DNA from: Chthonomonadales bacterium
GTDB lineage: Bacteria > Armatimonadota > Chthonomonadetes > Chthonomonadales > CAJBBX01
DNA: 17,147 nucleotides
Assembly: GCA_037443035.1 (NCBI GenBank)
Contig: JBBIPC010000036.1
Span: forward strand, 1-17,147
Direction of reading: 5' to 3'
Shown here: in pieces, positions 7,781 to 15,520 of the stretch
Numbering within the stretch: position 1 is the stretch's first letter
Layout of the letters: each line of letters begins with the position of its first letter
Position numbers and translations under genes: made by a program
Notes under the pieces: model-generated
Databases searched by the model: none
What the model was told of the DNA's origin: nothing
The model's input: only the letters and a program-made list of their open reading frames with translations

Positions 7781-8751
7781 TGGAAACAGGGAGAGAGCGT
7801 ATGACCAGTGCACGTCTAGGCAAGGCGGGTTGTCGGGGTCGTTCGAGAACCGTCGGGCACGTGCTGCAGCGATCGTCTTGCGTGGGTCTGCTCCTACTGC
7901 TCGCTGTAGGGGGGCGTCCCGAGTTTCCGTTACCTTCCCGGTGGTATCCCGTGTGCCAGGGCGTTGTCTACGGAAGGGCAGCCACGCAGTCGCCGCGTCC
8001 GTTGCATGCACATTTCCTCAGGGTGGATCTCGAAGCGAAGGGGCTCTCGTTCCTCGCAACGCCGTCGGCTGGAGCTCCCGACGGCCACACCCTGGGCATG
8101 AAGACGAGTACCTTCCTCGAACGCTACAGACTCCAGGCAGCCGTCAATGCTGCTCCCTTCGGGCCAATCTGGAAAGAGGAGGGGAAGCCTGTCAAGAACG
8201 TGGGGCTGACCGTGTCCAAGGGCAAGGTCGTGTCGCCGGCTACCGCACTACCAGCGCTTGTCATTACCCGCAGGAATGAGGCCCGGATAGTCGCGCCGCC
8301 GTTCCGTCTCGAAAACGTGTACACCGCGGTAGCGGGCTTCGGCATCGTCCTGAGGAAAGGTGTGGTTGTAGGAAAGAATGACCAGCTCCACCCCCGTACA
8401 GGAGCCGGCATCTCGGCAGACGGTCGTTACCTGTACCTCATGGTTGTAGACGGCAGGCAGCCGAAGTACAGCGAAGGCATCACGACGGCGGAGGTAGGGG
8501 CGTGGCTGCTGACGCTGGGGTGCCACGACGGTATCAACCTCGACGGAGGGGGCACGAGCACCCTAGTCGTGGAGGATGCCTGGCGGACGCCGCGGGTGAT
8601 GAACATGCCCATCCACGATGGCATGCCAGGTCGAGAACGGGTGGCTGGAAGTCATCTCGGTATTCGGGCCAGGAGGCTCCGAGGCGGCCCCGTCCTTCCA
8701 CCTCCCTGGTCCGAGCCCCAGGCCGACCTTAGCAGGACCAGCGATCCGTGA
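7777..8751 (+). CDS. Phosphodiester glycosidase family protein (NAGPA/DUF2233)
   Basis: Motifs AAVNAAPF, HPRTGAG, VVDGRQ and GINLDGGGTS. Hydrophobic stretch VGLLLLLAVGG suggests export. ATG overlaps the upstream stop (ATGA); the true start could be later (7801 or 7861). Confidence 0.85.
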   Translation: MMETGRERMTSARLGKAGCRGRSRTVGHVLQRSSCVGLLLLLAVGGRPEFPLPSRWYPVCQGVVYGRAATQSPRPLHAHFLRVDLEAKGLSFLATPSAGAPDGHTLGMKTSTFLERYRLQAAVNAAPFGPIWKEEGKPVKNVGLTVSKGKVVSPATALPALVITRRNEARIVAPPFRLENVYTAVAGFGIVLRKGVVVGKNDQLHPRTGAGISADGRYLYLMVVDGRQPKYSEGITTAEVGAWLLTLGCHDGINLDGGGTSTLVVEDAWRTPRVMNMPIHDGMPGRERVAGSHLGIRARRLRGGPVLPPPWSEPQADLSRTSDP

Positions 8752-9715
8752 TGTCCGCCATCATGTCGTAGTTCTGCACGCTCGTTGTGAACTCGCCTAC
8801 CTTGACGAATCCCCACTTGCGATAGAAACCCTGAGCGAGGTCATTGTCCGCGATCACACCTCCCCACAGAATGAGCGTACGCAAACCCACGGACCGTACC
8901 ATCCGCAGCAAGTGCGGCATGACCGCGCTCGCTACTCCCTGGTTCTGATAGGGATCCGCCACAGAGGGAGCCAGAGATCCCGTGGTGGCCAGGTCAAGGT
9001 GGATGCCTCTAGCGGCGTACCGCTGGATGTCGCCATCGTGAGGAGGACGTTTCACGAGTAGGTAAGCAATGATTGCTTCGCCATCGTCATTCGTAACGGT
9101 GCCCACGAAAGGCATGAGCGTACGCGTGTCCAGTGTAGCGCACATCGTGTCGGCCGTCGCCTGATCGAACGGATGCGGTCCGTATCGCGATCGCGTCCTC
9201 TCGGAGAGGCTTCGGTAGTAATCTCCCAGGCGAGCTGAATCGTCGTGGCGAAGGAGACGCACGCGCATGGCAATGCCCGAGCGAAGCGTAGTCGTTGCTT
9301 CGGGTGGGACAGGCGTCCAGGGGGGCACCCAGACCAGATGGGCAGGGCAACGGCAGTCGCTAGAGCCAAAGCCGCGAACTGGGACGTACGCCTGTGGCAA
9401 GGCCAAGACGTTGCGATTGGCGGAGCATTCGTCCATGGCATGCGGAAGCGTCTCCACGCAGACGATGGATGCGTACGGCAGCAAGTAGTCGATGTGCCAA
9501 TGGGCCGGGCGACCGCCTGTCAGGTGACGGCCAACTCGAGCGCGAATCCCGCGGCGGGCACTGCCTGTATAGGCATATCGGCCGGCGGGAAACACGACCT
9601 CGCCGAGTCGACCGACGGTCACGCGAGCGTCAGACGCCTGGTCCATCCACAGTCTGTACAGACCGGGCGCGTCGGGAAGCGTGCCGAAATGACTATCAGT
9701 GCACATAGCGTCCAT
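8729..9715 (-). CDS. Fusion protein: DUF123/COG1833 GIY-YIG nuclease domain + GNAT N-acetyltransferase domain
   Basis: One open frame. N-half has GLYRL, YAYTGSA, RVGRH, HWHIDYLL, EC and GFGSSDCRCPAHL (DUF123 signature). C-half has SLSERTRSRY, the acetyl-CoA motif VADPYQNQGVA, and NDLAQGFYRKWGF. The start is uncertain (ATG 9715 or 9706); the track's 9892 start overlaps the divergent HEPN gene. Confidence 0.8.
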   Translation of the reverse strand: MDAMCTDSHFGTLPDAPGLYRLWMDQASDARVTVGRLGEVVFPAGRYAYTGSARRGIRARVGRHLTGGRPAHWHIDYLLPYASIVCVETLPHAMDECSANRNVLALPQAYVPVRGFGSSDCRCPAHLVWVPPWTPVPPEATTTLRSGIAMRVRLLRHDDSARLGDYYRSLSERTRSRYGPHPFDQATADTMCATLDTRTLMPFVGTVTNDDGEAIIAYLLVKRPPHDGDIQRYAARGIHLDLATTGSLAPSVADPYQNQGVASAVMPHLLRMVRSVGLRTLILWGGVIADNDLAQGFYRKWGFVKVGEFTTSVQNYDMMADITDRWSC

Positions 9716-9795
9716 TTCGCTGTCGTCAGGCGTGGCTCCTACGAATCTGCAGCCACGCGGTTTCCTGGCGCAGACGTGCGGCACGCTCATCGCGA

Positions 9796-9824
9796 TTGCC
9801 GGGCCATGGCTCGTACGGTAGACT
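9796..9824 (+). promoter_or_regulatory. Putative sigma70-type promoter of the HEPN-MNT operon
   Basis: TTGCCG (9796-9801), a 17-nt spacer, then TAGACT (9819-9824), 43 nt upstream of the ATG at 9868. Confidence 0.55.
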
Positions 9825-9867
9825 ATCGCATAGCGCGGTCGGCTTGCCACCGCCAGAGGGGGATTGG

Positions 9868-10278
9868 ATGCCTCGGCTGGACCTATCGTCACTCGTCAGA
9901 GCCATCGAGAGTCTGAAGCGGGCTCTTGACCGGTCGGAGGCAGATCCCGAGGATGTAGAACTGCGTGACGCCGTCATCCAGCGCTTCGAGTACACCTTCG
10001 AGTTGTGCTGGAAAATGCTGAAGCGCCGGCTGGAGATGGATCTGCCCTCACGAGAAGCTGTGGACCGTCTCTCATACCGCGAACTCGTGCGAGCTGGTGT
10101 GGAATACGGGCTCTTGGATGACCCGACGGCATGGTTCGTCTACCGGGACCTGCGGTACTTGACGGCGCGGACCTACGATGAGGCGGTGGCGTCCAAGGTA
10201 CGCAGCCAGACGCCCAGATTCGCCAGGGATGCCGAACGGTTGCTCGAGGCGCTGCGGTGCGGAGGCGAGGAGGGTTGA
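9868..10278 (+). CDS. HEPN-domain protein, HI0074 family (nucleotidyltransferase substrate-binding / HepT-like toxin), with a degenerate RX4H motif
   Basis: ATG at 9868 follows GAGGGGG. Family signature RDAVIQRFEYTFELCWKMLK. The expected RNxTSHTYD appears as RYLTARTYD. Confidence 0.9.
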   Translation: MPRLDLSSLVRAIESLKRALDRSEADPEDVELRDAVIQRFEYTFELCWKMLKRRLEMDLPSREAVDRLSYRELVRAGVEYGLLDDPTAWFVYRDLRYLTARTYDEAVASKVRSQTPRFARDAERLLEALRCGGEEG

Positions 10279-10619
10279 TGGAGGTCTCTGCGGAGCATCT
10301 GGCGCTCATACGAAGGTGTCTCGCGGAGCATGTTGCGGGCCTGGAGGTGCGCGCGTTCGGGAGCCGAGTGGTCGGCAACGCGAAGCCGTGGTCGGATCTG
10401 GACCTGGCTGTTGTTGCGCCAACTCCTCTCGACCCACGGACGCTGGCAGACCTGCGCGAAGCGTTCCGCGAGTCGGACCTACCCTTTCGGGTAGACGTCG
10501 TCGAGTTGCACAACCTCCCGGATGCGCTTCAGAGGATGGTGTGTACGAAGGGAGAGTTGGTGCAGCCAGCGGAGCAGGTACGCGAGGACGAAGGGCCGAC
10601 GCGGGGCACTGACCCGTAG
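10278..10619 (+). CDS. Minimal nucleotidyltransferase (MNT) antitoxin, HI0073/MntA-like
   Basis: TGATG stop/start overlap with the HEPN gene. Intact GS-X10-DXD motif (FGSRVVGNAKPWSDLDLAV) and the downstream SDLPFRVDVV motif. Confidence 0.9.
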   Translation: MEVSAEHLALIRRCLAEHVAGLEVRAFGSRVVGNAKPWSDLDLAVVAPTPLDPRTLADLREAFRESDLPFRVDVVELHNLPDALQRMVCTKGELVQPAEQVREDEGPTRGTDP

Positions 10620-10780
10620 AGGGTAGACTCAAGGGAACACTGCTCGGACGAGCGACCGTACACAATGTCGGGCTGCCGTAAGTACTCTGCGGCGGCCCAT
10701 CGTATGCCGCGAGGTACGGAGTCGATTGGCGACGCCGTGCGGAGTGCGCGGCTGTCGGACTGTTGAGGTTCGCAACGCCT

Positions 10781-11764
10781 ATGGTAGAAGTCAAGGGTCT
10801 GACGAAGTACTACGGCGACTACGCCGCCATCGAAGACGTCTCCTTCCGCGTGGAACGGGGGGAGATCATGGGCTTCCTGGGTCCCAACGCTGCCGGCAAG
10901 ACCACCACCATGCGCATCATCGCCGGGTTCATGCCCCCAACTGCCGGTACGGCTCTCGTGGGGGGTATTGACGTCGTCCAGGACTCCGTCGCTGCGCGCA
11001 AGCGACTCGGCTATCTTCCGGAGCAAGTGCCTCTCTACGAGGACATGAGCGTACGGGAGTACCTCGAGTTCTGCGCTTATGTCAGGGGAGTGCCGCGACC
11101 ATCCATCGCACAGCGTGTGGCCAAGGTCATGCAGGACACGAGCGTCACGGAATACGCGGATTCCCTCATCCTCAAGCTCTCGAAGGGGTACCGCCAACGT
11201 GTGGGCATCGCACAGGCGCTCGTGCACAGTCCGGAACTCCTCATTCTGGACGAGCCGACTGTGGGTCTCGACCCTCGCCAGATCGTGGAAGTCCGCGAGC
11301 TCATCCGGAGTCTGAAGGGCGACCATACTGTCATCCTGAGCACCCACATCCTGCCCGAAGTCCAGGTCGTATGCGACCGGGTCGTGATCATCAACGAAGG
11401 TCGTGTGGCGGCCATTGATGCGCCTGAGGCACTGACGGCTCGGTTGCAGCAGAAGCAGCAGGTCCGGCTTCAGGTCCGAGGTCCTTCCAAGGAGGTGATG
11501 GCGGCCTTGCGCGGTCTCCCAGGTGTCGTGGGAGTCTCGGAGACCGATGCTGGAGATGGTGTGCACGTCTACACGGTGGAGTCGGGTCGCGGCAAAGACG
11601 TTCGCGAGGCGGTCGCAGCGCTCATCGTGAACCGCGGGTGGGGCCTCCGAGAGTTGTCTCCGGTCTCCATGTCGCTGGAGGATGTCTACATCAAGCTGAC
11701 CGGTGGTGCCACTGATGAGGGATCGGACACCGGTACGGACTCTGGCAAGGAGGTGAAAGCATGA
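10781..11764 (+). CDS. ABC transporter ATP-binding protein (ABC-2 type, GldA-like)
   Basis: Walker A GPNAAGKTT, signature LSKGYRQRVG, Walker B LILDEPTVGLDP, H-loop LSTHILPEV, C-terminal SLEDVY. Confidence 0.95.
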   Translation: MVEVKGLTKYYGDYAAIEDVSFRVERGEIMGFLGPNAAGKTTTMRIIAGFMPPTAGTALVGGIDVVQDSVAARKRLGYLPEQVPLYEDMSVREYLEFCAYVRGVPRPSIAQRVAKVMQDTSVTEYADSLILKLSKGYRQRVGIAQALVHSPELLILDEPTVGLDPRQIVEVRELIRSLKGDHTVILSTHILPEVQVVCDRVVIINEGRVAAIDAPEALTARLQQKQQVRLQVRGPSKEVMAALRGLPGVVGVSETDAGDGVHVYTVESGRGKDVREAVAALIVNRGWGLRELSPVSMSLEDVYIKLTGGATDEGSDTGTDSGKEVKA

Positions 11765-12468
11765 GGCCGGTGCTTGCCATAGCCCACCGCGAGCTTCGCT
11801 CTTACTTTGCCTCGCCAATAGGCTGGATTGTGCTTGCGACTTTCATGGCGTTCGTAGGTTACTTCTTCTGGGCAGCCATCGCACTGGCTGGCATCGGCGA
11901 GATGCGCATGTGGTACAGCAACACCACGATCATCCTGATCATTCTGCTGCCAGCGCTGACCATGCGCCTCTTCGCTGAGGAGCGCCAGAAGGGCACCATC
12001 GAGGTCCTCATGACCTCGCCTGTGACAGACACCCAAGCCGTCTTCGGCAAGTACCTCGGTGCCCTGGCTTTCTATGCCATCATGCTGATCCTCACGCTTC
12101 AGTTTCCCGTGACGCTGACGAAGGTCGGTTCACCGGACCGCGGACCGTTCTATTCGGGTTACCTTGGCATGCTTCTATTCGGTGGCACCTTCCTTGCCGT
12201 TGGCCTTCTCATCTCTACGATGACCAAGAGCCAGGTTGTGGCCTACGTGGGCACACTCTTCGTGCTCTTGTTCCTGTGGTTGCTCGCGTGGGTGGGCACT
12301 GGGGATGCGTGGTGGCAGAAGCTCCTGCAGTATGTCTCTCTGCCGACTCATCTGGACGCCTTCGCCAAAGGGTTGATCGACACGCGTGATCTCTTCTTCT
12401 ATCTCTCCTTCATCGGCGGCATGTTGTTCCTGACCGTTCGGGCACTGGCCGCCTGGAAGTGGAGGTAA
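11761..12468 (+). CDS. ABC-2 transporter permease (GldF-like)
   Basis: About six hydrophobic segments. Motifs RELRSYFASP, PALTMRLFAEERQKGTIEVL, GKYLG, and HLDAFAKGLIDTRDL. AAGGAGGT RBS; start overlaps the ATPase stop. Confidence 0.92.
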   Translation: MRPVLAIAHRELRSYFASPIGWIVLATFMAFVGYFFWAAIALAGIGEMRMWYSNTTIILIILLPALTMRLFAEERQKGTIEVLMTSPVTDTQAVFGKYLGALAFYAIMLILTLQFPVTLTKVGSPDRGPFYSGYLGMLLFGGTFLAVGLLISTMTKSQVVAYVGTLFVLLFLWLLAWVGTGDAWWQKLLQYVSLPTHLDAFAKGLIDTRDLFFYLSFIGGMLFLTVRALAAWKWR

Positions 12469-12473
12469 CGACC

Positions 12474-14069
12474 ATGCCGAGAAGCGCACCGAAGGTACAG
12501 AGGACACGGATGCAGCGGTACGCCGTTCATGCCGGCTGGCTTGGTGCGGCGGTCCTGCTGGGCTCCTTGATCTACTGGTTCTATCTCACGAGCATGCTCC
12601 AGTCGCGCAACTGGATTGTCAACACTGGGCTCGTCGTGGGAGCGGCGCTCGTCATTTTCTTCCTGGCAGGCATGGGTGCCGTCATTATCGCCAGCTTCCG
12701 TTCGCCCGAAGGCAAGCGATCCATGCGGTCCGCTGTGCTGATAACGGCGGTGCTGGCCATCCTCGTCATCGCCAATGTGTTGGCTTACCGACGACATCAC
12801 CAGTGGGATCTAACTGGAAACCGTCGCCTGACGCTGGCACCCGTCACCAAACGGCTGCTGCGTGGGCTGAAGCAGAAGATCGAGGTAACAGCATTCTACA
12901 GCCAGAGCCCTCAGAAGCGGTGGGAAATGCAGGATGCCCGCAAGGTCCAGGACCTGCTGGAGCAATATGCCGATGCCTCTCCGAACTTCCGGTACCGCAT
13001 GGTGGACTATCTCCGTGAACCCGACAAGTGGGCATCGGCTCAGATGACAACCATGCCACCAGTTGTTCTCTTCACGAACGAGAAGGGTGGCCGGGAGGAG
13101 GTCAAGGGCACCGGCGAAAAGGACTTCACCGGCGCTATCATGAAGCTGACGCGTACGGAGCAGCGGCATATCTACTTCACCGTCGGCCATGGCGAGCTGT
13201 CGCCTGAAGTCACTGACGGGACTGGTATTGGAGAGGTCAAGACCGTTCTTACCGAACAGCAACATCAGGTCAAGACCGTGGATCTGATGGGCAAGGAACG
13301 GAAGGTGCCAACAGATTGCTCGGTGCTCGTGATCGCCGGTCCGCAGGTGGATTTCCAGAAGGACGAACAGAAGCTGATTCTGGACTACGTGAAGGCCGGT
13401 GGGCGGTTGCTCGTATTGTTGCGTGTTACCGGGCCGACACTGGCGTGGCTCATGAAGGAGATTGGTGTCGTACCACAGGATAACCTGGTTGCCCAGATTG
13501 TGGAGATCCCGGGAACCGGTCTGGCGCAGATCAGCAAGACGGTGCGGATCTCCAAGTTCGAGACCCACGACATCAACCGCGGGCTGCGGGCAGTGTATTT
13601 CCCGCTTCTTCGTTCCCTGAAAGCAGCCTCTCCTGCTCCGTCCGGCGTTACCACCACGGCGTTTCTGAAGACGGTGGAGGATACCATTGCGAAGCCGCTC
13701 AAGCCTGGGCAGCGTACCGTGGATCTTCGGCCTGGCCCCAACGATCCCAGGGGGCCGTTCGACATTGCCATGGTTGCGGAGAAGGACAGCAGCGGCAAGA
13801 AGGCGCGCGTGGTTGTCATCGGTGGTGCGGAGTGGGCCTCCGACATGCTGACGACGCAGCCTGACATGGACAATCGTTATCTGGCCACGAACGCAATCAA
13901 CTGGCTCGCATCCGAAGACGCCTTGGTGGATATCCCGCCCAAGGATGAGCCGCCGGACACGGTAACTCTGTCGCCCGAGGAGCGGGTCCGAACGTTCTTC
14001 ATTAACCTTGCCCTGATGCCCGTGGTGTGCTTTTTCATGGCGGCGTACGTCTGGTGGAAGAGACGCTAA
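12474..14069 (+). CDS. GldG-family ABC transporter auxiliary component (GIFT/ABC_transp_aux domain)
   Basis: GGAGGT RBS before ATG 12474. Three N-terminal TM segments, WDLTGNRRLTL, IYFTVGHGE, VLVIAGP, GGRLLV, NAINWL, and a C-terminal TM ending WWKRR. Confidence 0.88.
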   Translation: MPRSAPKVQRTRMQRYAVHAGWLGAAVLLGSLIYWFYLTSMLQSRNWIVNTGLVVGAALVIFFLAGMGAVIIASFRSPEGKRSMRSAVLITAVLAILVIANVLAYRRHHQWDLTGNRRLTLAPVTKRLLRGLKQKIEVTAFYSQSPQKRWEMQDARKVQDLLEQYADASPNFRYRMVDYLREPDKWASAQMTTMPPVVLFTNEKGGREEVKGTGEKDFTGAIMKLTRTEQRHIYFTVGHGELSPEVTDGTGIGEVKTVLTEQQHQVKTVDLMGKERKVPTDCSVLVIAGPQVDFQKDEQKLILDYVKAGGRLLVLLRVTGPTLAWLMKEIGVVPQDNLVAQIVEIPGTGLAQISKTVRISKFETHDINRGLRAVYFPLLRSLKAASPAPSGVTTTAFLKTVEDTIAKPLKPGQRTVDLRPGPNDPRGPFDIAMVAEKDSSGKKARVVVIGGAEWASDMLTTQPDMDNRYLATNAINWLASEDALVDIPPKDEPPDTVTLSPEERVRTFFINLALMPVVCFFMAAYVWWKRR

Positions 14070-14085
14070 GCTGAGGTGGGGATCT

Positions 14086-15447
14086 ATGGCACGTCTCCGA
14101 ACGCATAGTGTCTGGATAGCGGTTGGCATACTTGCGGTCTTGGCTGTGTGGCTCTATTTCGATCTGAAGCGGCCCACCCGCGAGCCGGATGAGAACCCTA
14201 AGATCGCCGAAATCGTCGGGATGAAGGCTGATGAGGTGACGCGGGTGGAGGTCGCTACCGGCGACAAGACCATTGCGCTCGTCAAATCCGCGGCGTCCTG
14301 GTCCATCGAGCAGCCGGTGAAAGCCCCAGCAGATGCCGAGGCCGTCAAACGGGCGCTGGATGACATCCTCGACCAGAGTACGGACTACATCATGGAGAAA
14401 GCTCCGGCTGACTTGAGCAGATGGGGACTGGCGAAACCGACAAAGACGGTGGCCCTGTCCGGTGCAGGCAAACGGGTTCTCCTCCAAATCGGCAATCAGG
14501 ACCCGGCGAAGTCGTCGTACTTCACCCGATTAGCTGAGGGAGGAAAGGTCTTCCTCGTGGGAAGCTATGCGCTGGAGGGACTCACGAACAAGTCGGCCGA
14601 TGACTTTCGTGACAAGACGATCCTCTCGATTGCGCGGGACACCATCGAGCAGATCCGCCTCCGCAAAGACAGAGGCACCATCACGCTTGTACGTGCTGGT
14701 GGCAAGTGGTCTTTGACGGAACCCGCCCGGGTGCCGGCAGACGAGTTCGCTGCGGACGGCATCGCCGACGTACTCGCCACGCTGAAAGGTGAGAAGTTCG
14801 TCGCAGCGGACGCCACGGACTTAGCGAAATACGGCCTGGACAAGCCGCGCCTCATCGTGGAAGTGCAGGCGAAGGGGGGCGCCCAGTACGGTGTCCGGAT
14901 CGGCAAGGAAGCGCCCGGAGGAACGGCAGTCTATGCAGCACGAACGTCGAACGGCAACGTTCTCGAGGTGGCCAAGTCAACGTTCGATACACTGAACAAG
15001 GGCACGAGCGACTTGCGGTCCCGCAAGGTGCTCGATGTGGAGACCGATAGGGTGGAGCGAATAGCCGTGGTCTCGCGCAAGGTGCGGTGGGAGGCGCGGA
15101 AGTCTGGCAGCGATTGGATATTCGTGGAACCCAATGCTGGCAAGAAAGCCGATGGCATTGATGTGGACAACATCATTCTCGACGCTACTGCGTCGGCTGA
15201 CCGATGGGTGGCCGACAACCCCAGCGAAGCGGACCTGGCCAAGTACGGCCTGCTGAAGCCGGAGACCACAGTAACGCTCACCATCAAGGGCGGTGGCGCA
15301 AAGAAGCTCGAGATCGGCAGAAAGAGCTCGCAGTCCGACTACTTCGTCCGTGGCACGGATACAGGCAACTCCGTGTTCGCCATTGGCTCGTATGTCGTGG
15401 ATCGTCTGCAGAACGTGCCGAAGGTCGAGAACGCGAAGCCCAAGTAG
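14086..15447 (+). CDS. DUF4340 domain-containing membrane-anchored protein with three internal repeats
   Basis: N-terminal TM anchor. Three repeats marked by LSRWGLAKP (14413), LAKYGLDKP (14821) and LAKYGLLKP (15235), each with an upstream conserved Trp and an AD motif and followed by IG. Typical position downstream of a GldG-like gene. Confidence 0.85.
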   Translation: MARLRTHSVWIAVGILAVLAVWLYFDLKRPTREPDENPKIAEIVGMKADEVTRVEVATGDKTIALVKSAASWSIEQPVKAPADAEAVKRALDDILDQSTDYIMEKAPADLSRWGLAKPTKTVALSGAGKRVLLQIGNQDPAKSSYFTRLAEGGKVFLVGSYALEGLTNKSADDFRDKTILSIARDTIEQIRLRKDRGTITLVRAGGKWSLTEPARVPADEFAADGIADVLATLKGEKFVAADATDLAKYGLDKPRLIVEVQAKGGAQYGVRIGKEAPGGTAVYAARTSNGNVLEVAKSTFDTLNKGTSDLRSRKVLDVETDRVERIAVVSRKVRWEARKSGSDWIFVEPNAGKKADGIDVDNIILDATASADRWVADNPSEADLAKYGLLKPETTVTLTIKGGGAKKLEIGRKSSQSDYFVRGTDTGNSVFAIGSYVVDRLQNVPKVENAKPK

Positions 15448-15520
15448 GTGTCGTCACGCACAACGTCTGCGCAGCTTGCGGACCGCTTAGAATCGCGATG
15501 CCAGCCGTGCGCCGGCCTTG

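Noticed and set aside
9716..9892. Extended starts in the ORF track for the fusion gene (9892) and the HEPN gene (9796)
   Set aside because: They would overlap each other and the predicted promoter, and the extensions have no domain similarity.
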